Below are positions 1 through 13,412 of a stretch of 64,000 nt of DNA, one piece after another (the first letter of the stretch is position 1; every line of letters begins with the position of its first letter). Both the position numbers and the translations under genes were made by a program. The notes beneath the pieces were generated by a model that was not told where the DNA came from, searched no databases, and saw only the letters and a list, made by a program, of their open reading frames with translations. Location: assembly GCF_000143415.4 (NCBI RefSeq), contig NW_003314389.1, positions 208,892 to 272,891 of the forward strand, read 5' to 3'. The stretch is from Selaginella moellendorffii (lineage: Eukaryota > Plantae > Lycopodiophyta).

Positions 1-900
1 ATGGTTCAGCAGTCTCATCCCCAACTTCTGTAGCAATAGCTCCTGCCATGGATATGCTTAGAGTGTCCGGTTCATGAAGTGGGAATGTCTACTTCAATGC
101 CACAATTGCTCACAAAGGCATTTCTAGCAATGAAACTATAACTCCGATATCATGTCCTGCAGAAATAAGTTTCTTGCCAATAAGGTCCTGTCCGCAGAAA
201 AATCCAGATTGTTTAAAAAAGAAAACCGATGAATGACATGATCACTTGCGTTGCATTGAAGGCACGTTTTAAATATTTCAACGTCCAGGCAAGTACCACT
301 AATCAGCATAGTGGAAGCTAGCAAGGAAAGAAAACCACAGTTTGTCTGACCTGATAAAAAAATTGGGCCAGTGCAAAACCTCCTAGACGACCTTTGCCAG
401 TCCCAACAGTAATGTGCAAAAGAACAACTTCCTCTCCAATCTGAAAGGAGCAAGTAATCAGATTTGAATGAAAGGATATGAATTTCAGTACCTTCAAATC
501 ATGATGATGAGTGTAATGTCTGGACAAGTCACATACGACTAATGACGAGATTCCCAGGTGCCTTGACAGTTTCACCACCTGCTTGAGCAGCCATTGACAA
601 GCTGTCCTTTCCACCTTCTATTGCAACCTCAAGCTCGATCATAGTGTCACGAAGAGCAACAGCAGGATTGTACATATATGTCAGAATCAAGTTCATCCTG
701 CAAAGTTAAATAGATCATAAGGTGTGTAAACACAATTAAGATGAGAGTACCTTAGCCCAAACAAGATTCGTCAAAGCTTCTCCAAGCGCCAGCCTGGCAA
801 TAGCTGCAGGATTCAGCAGTCCCTGCAAATTGTCTTCAGAAAAAGGTAAAGAAGTTTCAATCTACCTTGATCGGTTGTTTACCAATAGCGCAAGCAGCAT
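1..900 (-). pseudogene. PUR4: Degenerate multi-exon fragment of FGAM synthase (phosphoribosylformylglycinamidine synthase, PurL/PUR4)
   Basis: Minus-strand pieces AACAIGKQPIK / GLLNPAAIARLALGEALTNLVWAK / MIELEVAIEGGKDSLSMAAQAGGETVKAPGNLVIS / LISAGHDI match plant FGAMS. There is a 1-bp frameshift before YVTCPDIT and in-frame stops; short GT-AG introns are retained. Confidence 0.85.
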
Positions 901-1639
901 GTTGCACTTAGCAAGCTTGGACACATCCTTGACATGTTCATGGAGTCACATGAAACCATGGAGTTTGTGGATGCATCGCTTCTTCCACCTCACAGCCAGC
1001 TCCTGGAGAACGTTTGTGGATTGCAGAGGCTTTAGAATCTGGCCGGATGGGAAATACAGGGGAGAGGATCCAGCCTGCACACAGAAAAAATGTTTAGAGA
1101 CAAAACAACGACAAAGGTTTTATTGCACCTTTGGTTTGCAATAATCGATGAAAGAGCAATCGCAGTCTCTTGAACTTCCAAAGTCATGTACATGACCACT
1201 GAGTGAGTATAAATATCCTTCCTTCAACAAGACTGTATGATGTAGCGAAGGAGTGATTGCCAGTGGGGAAGTCATCACGGAGCTGGAGCTCGTGTTCTTC
1301 AGACTGTCCACCTTTGACCTGTCCCAGGCAAGGTGCGTGTGTCACGAATGGTGACGAGCAATCAACGATCCTGGCTTCCGCAAAGGGTATGCACATGCCC
1401 ACCGCTGCATTCCCCACCTCTACTGTCTCAAATCTGGATGCCTTTTTTGTCAAGCCAGTTGAGAACTCCTGACACAGCAAGTGGTGCCACTTCCAGACAC
1501 TCCTCAAGGGCATGACAATCGCCTGCAAAAGTGCCGGGTTACTATGCTTGGCCACCTTCGAATTCGTGGCTCACCTCCACCTTTGTGTGGTGCTGTATAG
1601 ATCTCAACCCAGTGAGAGTTCCTTTGCCACCAGCGGCAG

Positions 1640-1850
1640 TGGTGGTGGTGGTGTAGGGCACTTGCTGCACCAGCATGTATAGCACCATGGACATGAAGTA
1701 TCACGTGGCTAGTCCATGGTGATGATGATGTTGGTCCATCTGCTCAGGAGTGAGGAGGATGGTGTCTGTGGTGTAGGGTTTGCTATACTCGTCCACCACT
1801 GTCATGTTGTGGTTGGCTATGGAGAAGAAGAGCTCCATGTTGAGAGGAGG
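1640..1850 (-). pseudogene. Laccase (multicopper oxidase domain 2) fragment
   Basis: LNMELFFSIANHNMTVVDEYSKPYTTDTILLTPEQ resembles plant laccase ELFFSIANHxLTVVEVDAxYxKPFxTDxILIAPGQT, with small deletions. Confidence 0.75.
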
Positions 1851-1930
1851 AGAAAGTATCTCTTCCTGGTAATAGCATTCAGGGTGTAAACTTCTGTGAG
1901 AGAACAAGAAGAATGGTGATATCCACAAAA

Positions 1931-1963
1931 ACACACACACACAGAAAGAGAGAGAGAGAGAGA
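1931..1963. repeat. (CA)n(GA)n microsatellite
   Basis: Directly visible. Confidence 0.9.
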
Positions 1964-3119
1964 ATTTGCCCGATCACCCTAAAAATTTCACTTGATTTGG
2001 AGCATCATTAATTGAAGTGTTCCCACCCTTTTGGCATGTGATCTATGCCATCTATTTTGAAGTCTTTGAATTTGAACCATTAGATTATAAGCATATTCAT
2101 AAATAATATTCTCAAAATGGAATAAAAGATGCCAGATGCTATATGCCAATAGCACTTTTAAATAAGAGAGTACGATGATGATGATGATTGATGATTCTAG
2201 AGAGAAATGACCTCATGTGGAGATGGTCAATTTTCCTAGCAACTGTGGAATCATCTTTTGTAATGGGCTCCTTAGCCGGCTCCACTTCTATCCTGGAGGT
2301 TATAACTAGGCATTGTTACATTTATTTTGATACAGACCTCTATTAATGGTTAATAAATAGTTATATAAACAGAACCATTAGATTAAGAAAGTTAACGGTT
2401 GTGTATGTACTTGGTAAAACAAATCTTATCCATTAAAATAAATTATAATAAAATCTGGACTATTAGAAAGCACAAAGCAATTACCAGCCCAGGAAGCACT
2501 CGATATTTGTATGTGTTTACCATATTAAATACCATGTCATATACAAGACATAGACTACCAGTCTCTATAGCATTTAAAACTCTCTTTCTATTAAACTTTT
2601 CTTGTTCTTCATAATATTTAAAATTCCAAAAATATTTTAAGTTTTTTCTCTTGGTAGAAAAGGTTTTATACACTCTTGATCAATTGCTGATGAACCTATG
2701 TTGAGTTGATGAAGCCTGTTTGGCTGTATTAAAAATGTCATATTCAGTAAAAATATAGCTAAAATTGAAAGAAGATAAAAGAGAATATTAGTTTAAGAAG
2801 ATCTATAAGTTTCTGTTATATAAAATTTTCTTGAATATTTTTTTTATCTTTACATGGATGGTAAAACTAGAGCATTGATATTTTATTTTATCTTTCCTTT
2901 TCTTCCATGATTTGTCATTACAAAAGTATTATTTCTACATTGGCATAGAAGAGCCCTGAAGGTTGTTTATTCATGCTATAAGAACAAAAACCTCTTAGTA
3001 TATAAGGAGAAAGGTAAACAAGAAATACAAGCTTAAGTCATTTATGCAATTTGACACAATTAACAGAAAAATGCAAATTAAAAACACTTGATGCTACATA
3101 CTTATATTTAATTGACTCC

Positions 3120-4040
3120 ACACTACCTGGATTTAATGGCCCGATCGCTCTCCTCAGCTCCACTGGTCATCACTATCTCCTCATTGTACAGACACGAAAT
3201 GGATTGAGGCTGTCGTCCAGACCAGTGCTCAGCAGTGAAGTTCATCTATGAGCACATTGTGTGTCATTTCAGCATCCCTGCAGAGCTCGTATCCAACAGA
3301 GGTGGAGGATTTCGTTCAACACCTTCTCCAGCTCTTGAAGCTTCAACACGTCCATAGCAGCAGCTATTTTCCCCAGTCCAACAGGCAAGCTGAATCCAGC
3401 AACAAGATTATGAAAGCAGTGTTAGCAAAGTTTGCAGACAGGCATCCTCGGAGAATGGCAAAAACAGCACTGTGGGCAGTCAGGAAAATGTACAAGACAT
3501 CCACCCCCGAGACTGGGATCCAGAAAGAGACCCCTTCGCAGTTGCCACAGTCCTGGAAAGAAAAAAGAAAAGTGAAAGAATGGAAAAGAAAGAAAGATGG
3601 AAGACAGTAAACGAAAAAGGGAAAGTCACCATGTGAAGCATTTGAAGAAGCAATGGTTTTGTGTGTGTTGGAGCTCAACGCTGCTTGCATCTGAGAGAAC
3701 GTAGGCACCGCCTCCAACTTGCCATGTCACTAAGAACAGCTCAGTCCAAAGTGGCGAGAACTTGGAAGTCGGAGTGTGATTCTGAAGCATCACCAAGTCG
3801 CCAGGTTCAAACGGGGTGGCACAATGTCTGGAACGGTCCTGTTGTGTCTTGAGCCTGAATCTGGCAAGGTGCACCTGGCATGCAGATGTCTGACATTGCT
3901 CCCCAGTGCTATAATCTCCCGTACTCAGGCCTGGAGCTTGTCCTCCTCAGTCTTCTTCATGGTAAAGAGAGAACTAACTTGAAGCCTTGACAGGGAGCAC
4001 GGTTTCAGTGCCATACACCAGAGAGAATGGTATTGCTGCT
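3120..4040. mobile_element. Degenerate Gypsy-type integrase remnant, core on + and C-terminal part on -
   Basis: Plus strand: HSSSYFPQSNRQAESSNKIMK...LWAVRKMYKTST (about 3350-3505). Minus strand: PFSLVYGTETVLP (about 4035-3990) and FEPGDLVML..SKFSPLWTELF..GAYVL (3626-3874). Confidence 0.7.
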
Positions 4041-5750
4041 ACTGATCTTGCCATGCACATTATCTGTCTGGGACTTTTCAACATCACTCTACTGACCCAT
4101 CATACAGAGCAGCCAGCAGAGTTTCAACAAACTTTGAACATGCCAAAGTCAAGTTACAAAACGGACCTAGAAAAACAACAAATCTAGACTCCAGAAGCTG
4201 ATCTCTTCCAACCAGTTGGCCCTGATGTATACAGGAAAGCATTTTTGAGTGGATGGACGGCGTACCCACCACCTTTTCTTCAGCACTGAAAAGGAGCAAC
4301 AAAGTTTTGCTGCTAGCAGCTTGCAAGCACAAGGCATGACAACACCATGGCTCACTACCATCCACCACCATCCACACTTCTCTCTCATACAAATCCCAGG
4401 CACAACACTCTTTCATCCTTCCATCACAAGCTTAGGCAACTTAAGGAACTTCTTGGAGGCTTGGAACGCACAAGGCTGTGATCCAGGTGATTGCTTCTTC
4501 CCCTGGCTTTGGTTCCCCTCCATGTTTTCTTTGTTTTCTTCTTACTGATCACTTTTCACTCTTTTCACTCTGTTTTCTTTGGTTTTCTCCTCTTTTCTTT
4601 CTGGACTTGGGTTCAGTTTGCACTCACAGTTTTCCCCATGCGGTTTTCCCTATGACTCAAAACTCCATCCCTCTTCCATTTCCTTTCTTTCTTTTACTTT
4701 CATTGGTTTCTCCAGTTTTCAGCACCCAACAACATCCTCCAAAAGCTTTGGGTGGTCCATTAAAGTTTTCAATGCTGCAACGCCAGTATCATGCCCAGCA
4801 GAAAGTAAGGTTAAAAGGTTGTCATGAATATGTTTCAAACAGATCCTTGTGCCACCTTCGTCCTTATATCACCTTGGGGCCGTCTTTCCAGCCTTCGCCA
4901 GCATATAATTTTATCGTTCTGGGTATGTAGATTAGCAACGAGCTCACACCACGAACCAGATTTTCAGACGCTTTCGACAATTCCATCTTATGCTGTGGCG
5001 CAGTTTCTACTATAAACTCCACCTTGTTTTAAATGCGTTCTGACACTTATAATAGTGAATTGGCGCAATATCAAATATTCAGCAGCCATCATCCATATAG
5101 CATACCTCAATCCACCGCTCTCATGCTTTATGGGGGATGCCGTGACACATGTAAACAATGAATGAAAGAACGAATAAATATTCGTCAAGTAAGACTGACT
5201 TGCTTTGCCTCGTCTAAATCTAAAGTGTTTGTAGTCTTTCCTTCCCAATTCTACAGCACCATCTCTTTGATAAGAGGAATAGAAGAAGAAAGGGTCTCTG
5301 GGAAGTGGGCGATGCATAAACTTCCTTAATCTATATGATGCAGTTTATGATGTTGGTAACCACGAAGAACTGTTGATGGCAACAAGCTGCTTGCAAGACC
5401 GAACTTTGCAGCTTCTGGAGTCGTCATAACAAGAAGGATGGCACATTTGAAAACCCTCCATGCCTGCATGTAGCCATGAAAAACACTTTTCCTTTTGAGT
5501 TTCTTAAAGTCAATCATGTAAAGATAAATTGGAGTTTGACATTTTTTCTAGACCTCGGAAGCTTCACATAGAACTCTCAGTAGGGCATTTTATTAATTCA
5601 TTAACCTGACATTAATGACTAACAAGGACGGTCTCAGGGCCTAAGCTTTCGACGGCTGCGTCCCTCTCTTTGCACACACAATCAAACATATTGAGGAAGC
5701 CAACTGTTCGCTTCGTATTAGGGCTCTAATACTTCCAAATATTGGGAGCA

Positions 5751-7019
5751 ATGAAGGAAGACGCTGGCGAGATACCTGGAAGGAGCTTGGAGGATTACCA
5801 AGCTGGACTTGAAGACAGTATTCGCAGGTGTGAGGAGCTTCTGGCTCGTACGCCGCTCACATTTCTTCCGCCACATCGAGGTATGGCTTCTTCTTGCCTG
5901 ATTGTTAATTAAATGCCGTTCAGGATCGGGGAGTTCAGTCTCGGTCCGAGATAGTAGTTCTAGATGCTGCTCGTGTCCCGAAAATGATGATTTTCCTACC
6001 AGCTCGGTGTCTGAGAGACGGCTCTCTGGCTCGGGCACTGACAGCGTGTTACATTTTTCTTCCAAGGAAAAAGCTGGTGATGTAGCTTGCAGCCAGGATG
6101 CAGGTGAAATTCCTCACAGCATTTACCCACCCGAAGGGAATAATAATGCACCAGCGCAATGCATACACTCTTTATGCGGTGATGAAGTGGAATTAATCAT
6201 TGAGACAGACTATAAACATGAGGTTACCCCAAGGACTGGCGATCAGCAAAAGCCGCCTCTCAAATTTTGTCCATTGGTACCGTGCTTTTTAGCTTTTCTT
6301 CAGGAGTTTTAACACTTATTTCAGGAGGGCGTGCCTTCAAAAAAGATTCAAAGAAGTAAGAGTGTTCCAAAAGAGAATTTGCAAGTAAGTTAGTTTCTTA
6401 CAAAATAATAATAATAACTTTTGAATGCCGACAGCGCAAAAATGCGAGAGAATTTTTCAACGCAATTGGTGAAGTTATGGATAATCTCAAATCATACATT
6501 CATTGTCCATCCCTTCAAGCACACAACAATGTGACTGGAAAGGTACAGTCATATACAAGAATATCTTACCATTTTCTTTTTTACAGGAGAGATTGAACAA
6601 TCTATCTAAGCCAAGAACGGAAGTATATAAGAGGCTTGCTCAGGTTAAGAAAATTATAGAAGACAAACAGCTTAAAGAATGCTCATTCAAGGTTTGTGCA
6701 ATATGGTGCTTTTAACATTAACATTTATCTGTTTATTGAATAGCCGGCTGTAAGGATCAAAAGTGAGTTTTGCCAAAGAGCTCCTGTTTTAGAAAGGCTC
6801 ACGGAAGCTCAACAACAAAAAGAGGTTAGAAAAAGAGTAAGAATTGTGCACTGTTGATAGTGAACTGATGAGTTTCTTCCTTTTTGTTAGCAAGCCCGAA
6901 AAGTTATTGAAAAAGAGGAGCTTGCGTCATGTTCATTTCGACCACAAATTAATCATAACTCTCATTATTACGAAAGGAATCTTTGTCAGCCTCTGTCTCA
7001 TAGGTTTAAAGAGCTTGAG

Positions 7020-7059
<40 letters not shown>

Positions 7060-8768
7060 CCCTCTCCCTCTCTCTCTGTTTCTCTGTCTATGTCTCTCTG
7101 TGTGTGTACTAATTACTTAAGCAGGCACGCAGACGTGAAAAAATTCAAAAAGCAATGAAAGAACATGAGAGATACTCATTCAAGCCTGAAATCAATCCAA
7201 ATTCTGTGCAGCTTTTTAAACAGGTAAACTATGTTTACGGAGTTATGATACAAACATAGTCATTACTTACTTTAGAGAGGATTAGAGACCGTGGATTTGA
7301 CTGATAGGTTGAATACAATGGGGCATTCAGTCCACCTTGATTGCAAGAACGACATAGAGGTTTGGATGGAGACTTTATGGGTTCATAGCGGTTGAAAGTA
7401 TATCTTGCAGACAATGGGCGCAACATTTTGCCCAGAGATCAATAGCAACACAGACGACATTTTAGCTTCTTCCCAGCAATTTCATGGACTTCCAACAGAC
7501 TTTCTATCAAGGCAGCAACAGTTTTCGCAGTCGCTACAGAAAAAAAAAGTAAGAAAACTAGCATTTTCAGCATAGAAAACAGTTTTTTTTAGAAGCAAAA
7601 GGAGAACGAGTTTCCTTCGGCTTTTACCTTCACACCAAATATTGGAAACTCGGATTATATTCTCAAGAAAACAATGTGCTTCCCAGAAACATGTGAAGAA
7701 AGAGTTCAAAGGCTTGCTTATAAAGATAAGGCCAATCAGATGCAAACACGGAAGAAGGTCGCTGTAAGTCTGGGTTCATCAACTATCCAGCATTCTTGAA
7801 AGTGAATGCCTTTTGGGGAGGGGCGGGGCGGGAGGGTGGGGTGGGGTGAGAGGAATATCGTGCATGCACTAAGTTAAGATGGTAGATGTAGTAATTATGG
7901 TGACTTTTGTAGGAGAATAAAAATGCACAAATATGTTGAAGTTTATCCTGCATTGAAGTCTTATGGAGGAGTTTGCTCTTCACGCAGGACGATTACTATG
8001 GACAGTTCAACTTCCAGCCAACGATTGACGAGGTTTCTCGATTGGTCGGGCGCTCATCAAATATTAGAGACCTTCACCTGGTATAAATTTCCTGATCTTG
8101 TGTCACAGAATTTTTACAAGGCCTATGTGAGACTTCTACAGAACAGAGAGGGCCACGAGGTGAAGAAGGAGCTTGAGCAAGCTGCAGAATTTGATTTCCA
8201 GAAGAAATGTCCATTTAGACCCATGGTAAAAGCATAAATCCTTGAAATATGTAATAACTATTTCAGTACGTTTAGACCTTCTCGTCCCTGGAAGGGGAAA
8301 AACCAGTTCTTCGAAGTAAGTTTTTGGAACGACTGCAAGCGAGGAAGGTTTGTATCATATTATAAAGGTTACCCTTAAAAAATCCTGGATTGTCAGGGAC
8401 AATATTCCACTTCGATGCAAGAATCATGGACAACGCGAGAACTCGCAGAAATTAAAGAATGCACCTTTAAGCCCTCTGTGAACCGGCCTCGGCCCAGGGT
8501 GGAACCTCCAAAGATCATCAAAGGCCTGGAAAGATACTTTGAACTTCAGCAGATTGCGAAGCAAATGAGGAAAGACCAAGAAAATCTAGAAAAGAAAGTG
8601 TTCTTTTCTCACGTAAGTCACCAACCTTTCTAGTTAGAAATCTAAATGGTTAGTTATTGCTTACAGGTGTCAAGCTTACCAATCAGGCAGTACACTATCC
8701 CAAAACCATTCTCATTTACAGAGCATTACAAACATGATGCAAAGCCAAGTTCTTTGGAAATACAATAA
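5751..8768 (+). CDS. Multi-exon uncharacterised protein with repeated (E)C(T/S)F(K/R)P-x-(I/V)N motifs, possibly microtubule/basal-body associated
   Basis: ATG 5751 (MKEDAGEIPGR...); a 43-bp GT-AG intron at 5881-5923 restores the frame into ORF 5902. Later exons carry KECSFKP, CSFRPQIN, YSFKPEINPNS, FTFTPNIG, FNFQPTID, KCPFRP and ECTFKPSVN. The last exon reads TIPKPFSF...EIQ-TAA at 8766-8768. Internal exon boundaries were not all resolved. Confidence 0.75.
7022..7090. repeat. (TC)n/(TG)n microsatellite inside an intron
   Basis: Directly visible. Confidence 0.9.
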
Positions 8769-11079
8769 AGGCCTTCCTCTTTTTGTTAGCTGGCTAAATG
8801 ATGTTTCCCAACCTCAATGAGGAAGAGATGTTTTCACTGGGTACTTAGGTGCAATATCACCCTTCTATGGATCCTAGATTCCTTGGCCGATGTATTCTGG
8901 GTCAAAGGAACAGAAAGAAACTTTGCAAGATATGACATTGGGTAGCTAGAGCGCACTTTGAAGAAAATGCTCTTAGCTAGTAGGATCTTCAAATGTGAGA
9001 AACAGCAAAACCACAGGTTTTTCAAACCTTTCGACATAAGGAAAGCAATGAAGAGGTTTCTCCAGTCAAAGCTTTTTTTTGGGTGAGCAAGGAAAGAAGA
9101 ATCCTGAACAGATGCTGAGACTATCGAATGGTTCTAGCTGATGTAATGGAAGTGGAGTGGACAAGCCACAAGTTCACGAAAGAAGATAGACTTTTATATG
9201 CTTTAGTTCAATGAATAGCTTGGAATGTGTCTCTGCATATGGCATTTAACAACTAACCTCACATTCGTGACACGTCCTCAAGAAAAATGAAGAGAGCCGA
9301 GAAAGAAAAACGAATTTGGTCGAGACACACTTAAGAGCTGTGATAGCAAGAAAAGCCACAGATCTATAGAGGATAATTCTGGAATTGTTACAGCATAAAT
9401 ATCATTTTAACATTTTCTTTGCATGAATAGATGCACAGGTGTTTTTTTGAAATAGAGATTAACCAATTGCAAATTCGTAATTGCTGGTTCTCTGCTTCTT
9501 GTAGGCACCATTCTTCATCAAAGTTCGTAGTTTGAACCAAAGGTTGACCTTTAGCAGGACCATTAACGCCTTTGCAACTATATACGTGCTTGGTAAAGAG
9601 GAGTTAAAGATCTCATCAAGGTTTGAAAAGTTTGAAAAGGTTTCCAGTTCCAGTTTGATCGTGTCCAAGATGCATTTGAATTTGAGTTGGCATTTGAACA
9701 TTCTTCAGCAGCACGAATCTCTCCTTCTTATGCCAAAATAAATAAATAATAAAAATTACAAAAGAAGCTATACACACCGGCAATTCTGCTGAAAAATCTG
9801 TGTTGAATCAATCAAGAAGCGGTCAAGCACTCCACTGCTTCGGCTGCATGCTTGGCCGACTGCATGGGCCTCGCTTCAGCACCGCCTGCTGCCTGCCATC
9901 CTCCAGCCGAACCGGATAGCAGCCCCCGTGGAAGAGGAAGTCCACGTACGTGTGGATGAGCTCCACCTCCTATATCTCACCTGAATCAGACCGCACGACA
10001 TAGTTTTCATCCTCGGCTGCTTTGGCTTTGGCACGCCAGCTCCTGCTTTGAAGGTGAAACCGAACAGCAAACTTCGTCGAGTGGGAGCCATTTCCTTAGC
10101 CTTGACAGAGTAGCACTGTCTTTCGCACCATCACTTTTCAATTTTACTGCTCTTCAACAATGCTTTGCAGTAGTTCCCATTACAGTAGTTCCCATTTGGC
10201 ACATAGGTATCAGGGCAGTGGAGTAGACTCTCTTTACGATGCCCTGAACAAGATCAAGGACGAGACTGATTTTTCACATATCATTGGTCTCTTCCAGTCC
10301 AGCAGGGTAAGTTGAGGGTGGTTCAAGAGTTACATCAGAAACAGGTGTAAGTCATGTACTTGTCGCTGGGTTCTGGTACCTGTTATCCTCAGCCTTCGGA
10401 TTTTAGAAAAACTTTCCTCAACCATGGCACTAGGAAATGGAGATTACGCAGACCATCTCGCATGCATGACCTACTGTCTGGCTTATTGGATCGCATGCAC
10501 TGAGGAGCTGGGTGGAAAGAGGAGCCATGGATGTCGCAGGTGTTTTCAAACATGATGACTGTAGATAGTGGAAAGGGCTTTTGGCCGGGAGTGGAGAATC
10601 GGATAAAAGAACGAATTTACGTTCTCGAGAAGATAAACTACTTTTGCCACTAACTCCTCTGGAGCTGGAGGAGGAAGATAAAGTCGTATTTTTTAAATGC
10701 ATAAACCACAACATTCTTAGTGAACTTTCAGGAGTCTTTTTCTTCAAATAAAAGACTACCTTCCCTGGTCCTATGATGGGTGAAATGATGGAAGGTATCC
10801 TAGGCACACATGTAGTTGACACTAGCTGGGATTCCAGCTCTGCTGGAAAATATAGATTAAAGTAAATATGAAAAATTTCCAAAAGAAAATTTAATTATTT
10901 TTATCACAATTGTTAGTGATCCCTTTAGATATTAAAATAATTGTTTAAATGAATAGTTTTAAATATTTTATGGTGTAGTTGTAAAACTTTATATGAGTAA
11001 TGGAGAGAGTAGCTTTTGGAATAATGCTTAGTGCGAATAAGTTTAAAGAATATAAGATAAAAATAAGACTAACGAGGCA

Positions 11080-11595
11080 GTGCAGGCTGCTGCCAAACTT
11101 CTAGTTGGTGGTAAGCAAAGGGGAGCTTTCATGAAGCCAACGATCCTGGAAGACACTCCCTTTGACACGGACGCAAGGAAGGGAGAGATTTTCGGTTCCG
11201 TGGTCCTTCTCTACTCATACAAGTATCTTAGCTCACAAAGTTCTTTACTTCCTTTTTTTTTCTCTAAACTAAAACGGTGGTGATGCAGTGATTTCAAGGA
11301 AGCCATGAAGGAAGCTAACAACATGCATTACAGTCTCCAAGCCGGCATCTTTACACGTACGAGGACAACTCAGCAATGATTTGTGGATAGACTGTATTTA
11401 CTCTTCTCAAAGCTCGAGCTTGAGTCAAAAGTAAGACGCGTTGCCTACATTGCGCATGACTAAAACTTTGGTTTCGAGCATGTCGTCCATCGCATACTTG
11501 ACACCCTCTTGTTGGATTCCAGAGTCTTTGATCCCACCGTATGGCTGCCTATCAATGCGCATGCCTGGCAAATCATTGAGGCAAACTCCTCCAGC
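11080..11595. pseudogene. ALDH21: C-terminal fragment of ALDH21-like aldehyde dehydrogenase, last exon inverted
   Basis: Plus strand: KLLVGGK..PTILED..EIFGSVVLLYSY, an intron, then DFKEAMKEANNMHYSLQAGIFT. Minus strand 11595-11425: AGGVCLNDLPGMRIDRQPYGGIKDSGIQQEGVKYAMDDMLETKVLVMRNVG, which resembles the moss ALDH21 C-terminus as I recall it. Confidence 0.75.
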
Positions 11596-13412
11596 CTGTG
11601 AGGGTTTGCGTTTTATATATCTTATTTTTTATTAAAAGTGACTAATTTATTTTCACACAACATTAAAACCATCAATACTTCTATCTATAAATTAAATTAT
11701 TTTATTCAGGTAGTTTAATTTATAGTTGTAATCCATAATATAAAATTGTAAGTTTAAAGCTGCTTAATTTAACTTTTAAATCACTTTCAAAAAGTCCATA
11801 AGAAATATTAAATAAAGTTAACTAATATTATGCAGCAGATAATAAAAATATTATTTTTTCCTTTGAATTTACTCTCACTGAAAATTCACCTAAAATCATA
11901 ATTAGTTTATAATTTCTTATTTTTTATTTTCAAGTGTGACTATTTGATTTGGGTTTAATTTTTCAGTGATTTAGTATATATAGTAAAATTGTTTGATGTA
12001 CTCTTAAATATCTCCTTTTTGTTTAGAATGCCACAAAAATAGGAGAATATGTTCTTCTGTGAGTGCTTGGAATATGGAAAAGGAATACAGAAAATATGTA
12101 TATCAATTAGCCCAAAAACCCTAGCTTATATACAAGAGTGAGTAGTCCGGATTGAAACCAATCCGACGGCTACCAAAATCCCACTACGCTAATATTAATA
12201 TATGGCATCGTAGCCATACACTTAGCCCTCACATCATCCCCTCCTCTCAGAATAATGGAAGACCATCAGAGTTCTTTCGTAAATGGGCTGGAATCTTGAG
12301 GAACGTTAGGAGGAGGCATTGGTGGATCTGTAGGTGGCATTAATTACTCCTAATCCCTTTGTATAAAGCATTTCAACTGCTGCAAATGCACAATCTCTGG
12401 AGGATCGGCCTATTGGACGTCATGCCTAACCTCATAAACTTGTGGTCCAATTTGCCGCAACACCCGATATAGTCTTTTCCACTGCACAAAGAGCCCCTTA
12501 GATAAACCATGTACCATAAGATGGGGAAAACGGACTAACACCAAATCATCCACTTTGTATTCCGCAGGTGGATGATGATGGGAGTTGTAGCACCGTTGTT
12601 GTCCCACTTGTACATAGCTTAAGTGGAAGAATGCTCATCAAATACTGATCACATGACCTAGCATCAGCAGCTCATGGCAATCACGAAGGTAAACTCAGCG
12701 CTGTTGGTAATATTAGATCATGACCATATAGAAGTTTATATGGTGAAGCACCAACAGAACTTTGCACCCCTGTGATATATGCATACCGAAAAATAACCAT
12801 CCCAATCCAAATGCTGAAAATTCACATACTTCGCAATCATCCCTTTGAATGTCCAAACCCCAAATATCCCAAGTGAAACGAATAGGAGAGCGAACCCTAG
12901 GCCAACCTCCCTTAAGGTGTTACGGCATTAAATCTCACAGGCCACAAGAATATTCTTGGAATATTCCTGTGGTTTGTGTCATTCTCCCCTCCCTCATGAC
13001 CCAGCCATATACGGCAGCCTTGAGAAGCTAAATGAGCCTCACATGAAGGGAGCCCAAGGCAATATGGCCATGGAGAAAAGATGTGCAAACGGCAACACAA
13101 CGTCGCGACAAATGGCCACGAAAGAAAGAAAGCAATATGGCTTTCTCACATGACAATACGGTCATGAAAACAAGAGAATGATAATAGAACAAATGGCTCA
13201 AATCATATAGCAATACAGCTATAGAACTCAATTCTCCCCTTCTTTAGGAATGTCATCCAAGTCATAACCAAAACTCAGAAACACTCTCTTCATATCATCC
13301 TCAATTTCCCATATAGCTTCATCCATGGAATAACCATTCTGTTGAACTAACAACTCCCTAGTTGTCTTTTGGCATGTTTTCACCAATCTTTGAGAAAGAA
13401 TATTGGCCGGAC

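Noticed and set aside
4830-5620. Possible small spliced gene on minus, divergent from the 5751 gene
   Set aside because: No consistent exon chain or recognisable motif could be built by eye.
8800-10880. Short ORFs and exon-like pieces
   Set aside because: No recognisable family; frequent stops.
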